Below are positions 30,096 to 32,000 of a stretch of 32,000 nt of DNA, piece after piece. Source of the stretch: an uncultured bacterium (GTDB lineage: Bacteria > Patescibacteriota > Gracilibacteria > UBA1369 > PNNO01). Under the pieces are notes generated by a model. That model saw nothing but the letters and a program-made list of their open reading frames with translations. It was not told the DNA's origin and did not search any database. The translations under genes were made by a program, and so were the position numbers. The DNA lies in the NCBI GenBank assembly GCA_963704705.1, contig OY969931.1, positions 540,001-572,000 on the forward strand, written 5' to 3'. Position 1 is the first letter of the stretch. Each line of letters opens with the position of its first letter.

Positions 30096-30605
30096 TTATC
30101 TTGATTGTTTTCTGTGTGGAAGTACTTTATTTAGTACGCAATTTTGTAAATCTTTTTCGCAATTTCTCACCTTAACAACACTATCCCTTACTTCGCCAGT
30201 TAAGTGAAAAGGAAACATCTTACTCATAAAGCTATTTTTTGGAGCAGGAATTTTACCCTGAGCAACACTTGCACATTCATGCCGTGTTTCTTCACATATA
30301 GAAAGTGCGGTTTGCGCATCAGGATTATTAAGTATTCGTGGTAAAGGAGCGCTAACATATTCAACAAGAGTGGGTATTTTATTTTGTTTTGGTTTTTCAA
30401 CAGTATTAAAGTTGCTCTTTATTATGCCACCGGTATTTTGTCTTGTTTCAGCTATTTTGTGTTCAACTTCAGCAATTAAACGCCCTCTATTTGAATATGC
30501 TGTGCTTGCTGTCATTAAGCCCAAAGCTGTTAAAGCTGATATTACAACAGCCGGTCCTATTGCTTTTTCTTTTAGATCAGATAATTTATCTTTGAAATTT
30601 TCCAT
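30096..30605 (-). CDS. Hypothetical single-TM protein with 4 extracytoplasmic Cys
   Basis: 169 aa with TM helix GPAVVISALTALGLMTASTAY. It is preceded by a perfect consensus promoter. Confidence 0.7.
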   Translation of the reverse strand: MENFKDKLSDLKEKAIGPAVVISALTALGLMTASTAYSNRGRLIAEVEHKIAETRQNTGGIIKSNFNTVEKPKQNKIPTLVEYVSAPLPRILNNPDAQTALSICEETRHECASVAQGKIPAPKNSFMSKMFPFHLTGEVRDSVVKVRNCEKDLQNCVLNKVLPHRKQSR

Positions 30606-30627
30606 AATTAATAAGTTACGAGATTAT

Positions 30628-30656
30628 ATTATAAGCATTAATCGTATCTTTGTCAA
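30628..30656 (-). promoter_or_regulatory. Perfect consensus promoter: TTGACA - 17 nt - TGcTATAAT
   Basis: On the minus strand, TTGACA is at 30656-30651 and TATAAT at 30633-30628, preceded by TG. The ATG at 30605 lies 22 nt downstream. Confidence 0.65.
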
Positions 30657-30674
30657 CAAATGCAGGTAGTAGCA

Positions 30675-30703
30675 TTGCCAAGCATGCATATTCATGGTAT
30701 AAT
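30675..30703 (+). promoter_or_regulatory. Promoter: TTGCCA - 17 nt - TGgTATAAT
   Basis: TTGCCA at 30675-30680 and TATAAT at 30698-30703, preceded by TG at 30695-30696. The ATG at 30729 lies 25 nt downstream. It is arranged back-to-back with the minus-strand promoter. Confidence 0.6.
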
Positions 30704-30728
30704 TTAAACATATTCATAAAACAAAAAT

Positions 30729-31004
30729 ATGCACAAAACAAAAACATTGCAATTCAATTATAAAGTATTATTGATTGCAGCAAGTATCCTTATTTTACTT
30801 GCACTTGCTTTTTGGGGATATGCCCAAAACAGGGACCAATTGCATAATGCCCCTTTGAGTCAATTATCAAAATTAGAAAACATTAAAGATGGTCCTAGAT
30901 TTGTACCACCAAATGAACCAGTTGAAAATATTAATAATAAAGTTAGAACTCTAGAACCAATAAAAATTGATGAAAAGGTGCAGTATAGTATCAAATCAAG
31001 GTAA
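30729..31004 (+). CDS. Small single-TM hypothetical protein
   Basis: 91 aa with TM helix VLLIAASILILLALAFWGY. Its stop lies 2 nt before the next ATG. Confidence 0.6.
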   Translation: MHKTKTLQFNYKVLLIAASILILLALAFWGYAQNRDQLHNAPLSQLSKLENIKDGPRFVPPNEPVENINNKVRTLEPIKIDEKVQYSIKSR

Positions 31005-31006
31005 TT

Positions 31007-32000
31007 ATGCTGAATAAATTGAAAAGGCTTCTATTTTTGAGCCTTATCATAATAACACCGTTCTTATTCAATCCATTTAACGGCGATATTGAGCTAATAA
31101 AGGTAATATTTTTATGTTCAATGATATTTGTTTTGCTTCTTTATGCAATATTTTTCATACAAAAGAGACTGAAATTTAATAAAAAAGGGAAAATAATTGT
31201 ATTTTCAATTCTGGGATTTATTTTATTTGCTTTAATATCAACATTTTCAAATGATTTTCTTACTTCAATTTATGGTCAATACGGACGTTATTTTGGGTTC
31301 TTGCCATGGTTTAGTTGTATTATGCTGGCATTTGTTGCACCTTTTTATATAGAAGGCAAGAATTTTCTTGAAAAGCTTATAAAAGTGCTAATCTGGGTTG
31401 GTTTTGTTAGTGCTTTAAGTGCAATATTGCTTTCTTTTTTGGATATAGGAGCTGTTTTCGAAGGAAGATTGTCAGGATTTACCGGGAATCCAAATGTATT
31501 GGGTAAATTGTTGCTGATTACGATTATTTTGAATTTTATATATCTCGCCCATTTAAAAAAAGACACTAAATGGCTATATATAATAACTTTGATAATTCAA
31601 TTGGGCGTATTTATAATGACTGGAAATAGGGGAGCATGGCTTGCACTAGGTATTATTTTATTGATTCTATTACTTCGAAATCCTAAAAAATATATTAGAT
31701 ATGCCACAATCGGGTTAATTAGCGCAGTTCCATTTGTTTTAGTAATTTTTACCCGAATAATTGATACGATATCTATTTCCACAAGACTCGAAATCTACGA
31801 AAAAGCCATATCAAAGCTTTTTGAAGGGGGGTTGTTCGGATATGGATTTGATTTTGACCCTAATATGTTGATTCCAAATGAAACGTATACTTATAGTGTT
31901 GATAGGGCCCATCAGTTATTTTTGGATGTTGGTTTGAATGTTGGAATTCCCGGATTAATATTTTTTATAATTTTTAGTGTTTACGCGATTTATATTTTAT
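31007..32000 (+). CDS. O-antigen ligase / Wzy-like polytopic membrane protein, 3'-truncated by the window edge; absent from the ORF track because no stop is reached
   Basis: Manual translation from the ATG at 31007 is open to the end of the window (331 codons). It begins MLNKLKRLLFLSLIIITPF... and contains many TM helices. It carries the motifs GFTGNPNVLG, IMTGNRGAWLAL and GYGFD...DRAHQLFLDVGLNVGIPGL, typical of the O-antigen ligase (Wzy_C) family. Confidence 0.8.
   Translation, partial: MLNKLKRLLFLSLIIITPFLFNPFNGDIELIKVIFLCSMIFVLLLYAIFFIQKRLKFNKKGKIIVFSILGFILFALISTFSNDFLTSIYGQYGRYFGFLPWFSCIMLAFVAPFYIEGKNFLEKLIKVLIWVGFVSALSAILLSFLDIGAVFEGRLSGFTGNPNVLGKLLLITIILNFIYLAHLKKDTKWLYIITLIIQLGVFIMTGNRGAWLALGIILLILLLRNPKKYIRYATIGLISAVPFVLVIFTRIIDTISISTRLEIYEKAISKLFEGGLFGYGFDFDPNMLIPNETYTYSVDRAHQLFLDVGLNVGIPGLIFFIIFSVYAIYIL

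Noticed and set aside
1-32000. Alternative genetic code (UGA recoded, as in Gracilibacteria/SR1/Absconditabacteria).
   Set aside because: All conserved genes (typA, sdhA, sdhB, nth, rpmA, the M23 peptidase) are full-length uninterrupted ORFs under the standard code. TGA also sits at sensible protein ends, including the yjbQ ATGA overlap with nth, the stop of the dipeptidase gene and the stop of the 56-aa ORF. Code 11 fits.

Overview
AT-rich, very compact bacterial window. Genes abut or overlap, convergent gene ends share 0-35 nt, almost no Shine-Dalgarno motifs are visible, and nearly all stops are TAA. The content (a T4SS-pilin-like hairpin, giant PKD-array envelope proteins, many orphan proteins) fits a Patescibacteria/CPR-type genome best. 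That placement is inference, since the window holds no rRNA or other phylogenetic marker.

Left third: an operon of two PKD-array membrane proteins (a 5'-truncated protein of more than 1398 aa, and one of 775 aa) plus an unlisted 38-aa TM peptide. It is followed by a 770-aa Thr/Pro-rich surface protein with a sortase-type C-terminal signal.

Middle: an SdhA/SdhB/CCG-subunit operon (type-E or thiol:fumarate-reductase-like). Next comes tRNA-Gln(UUG), followed by about 1.9 kb of small genes bracketed by copies of the tRNA 3' end. Then typA, an APC permease, two tandem orphan proteins (757 and 371 aa) sharing a C-terminal module, nth, yjbQ, an M23 peptidase and rpmA.

Right third: envelope genes. 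These are a VanX/DdpX-type dipeptidase, lipoproteins, a secreted beta-helix / Cys-repeat / SLH-like protein, and an O-antigen-ligase-like protein running off the right edge.

Best candidates for something new:
1. The pilin-hairpin::PKD-array operon together with the sortase-signal protein.
2. The paralogous orphan pair at 17.7-21.2 kb.
3. A fumarate-reductase-type complex lacking the covalent-FAD histidine, in a lineage not expected to respire.
4. tRNA-Gln-derived direct repeats delimiting small islets that include an orphan immunity-like gene.
5. A GC-rich palindromic 18-bp tandem array between divergent promoters.

No CRISPR array, rRNA, transposase, integrase or recognisable defence enzyme was seen. 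All functional calls come from motif recognition by eye; no searches were run.
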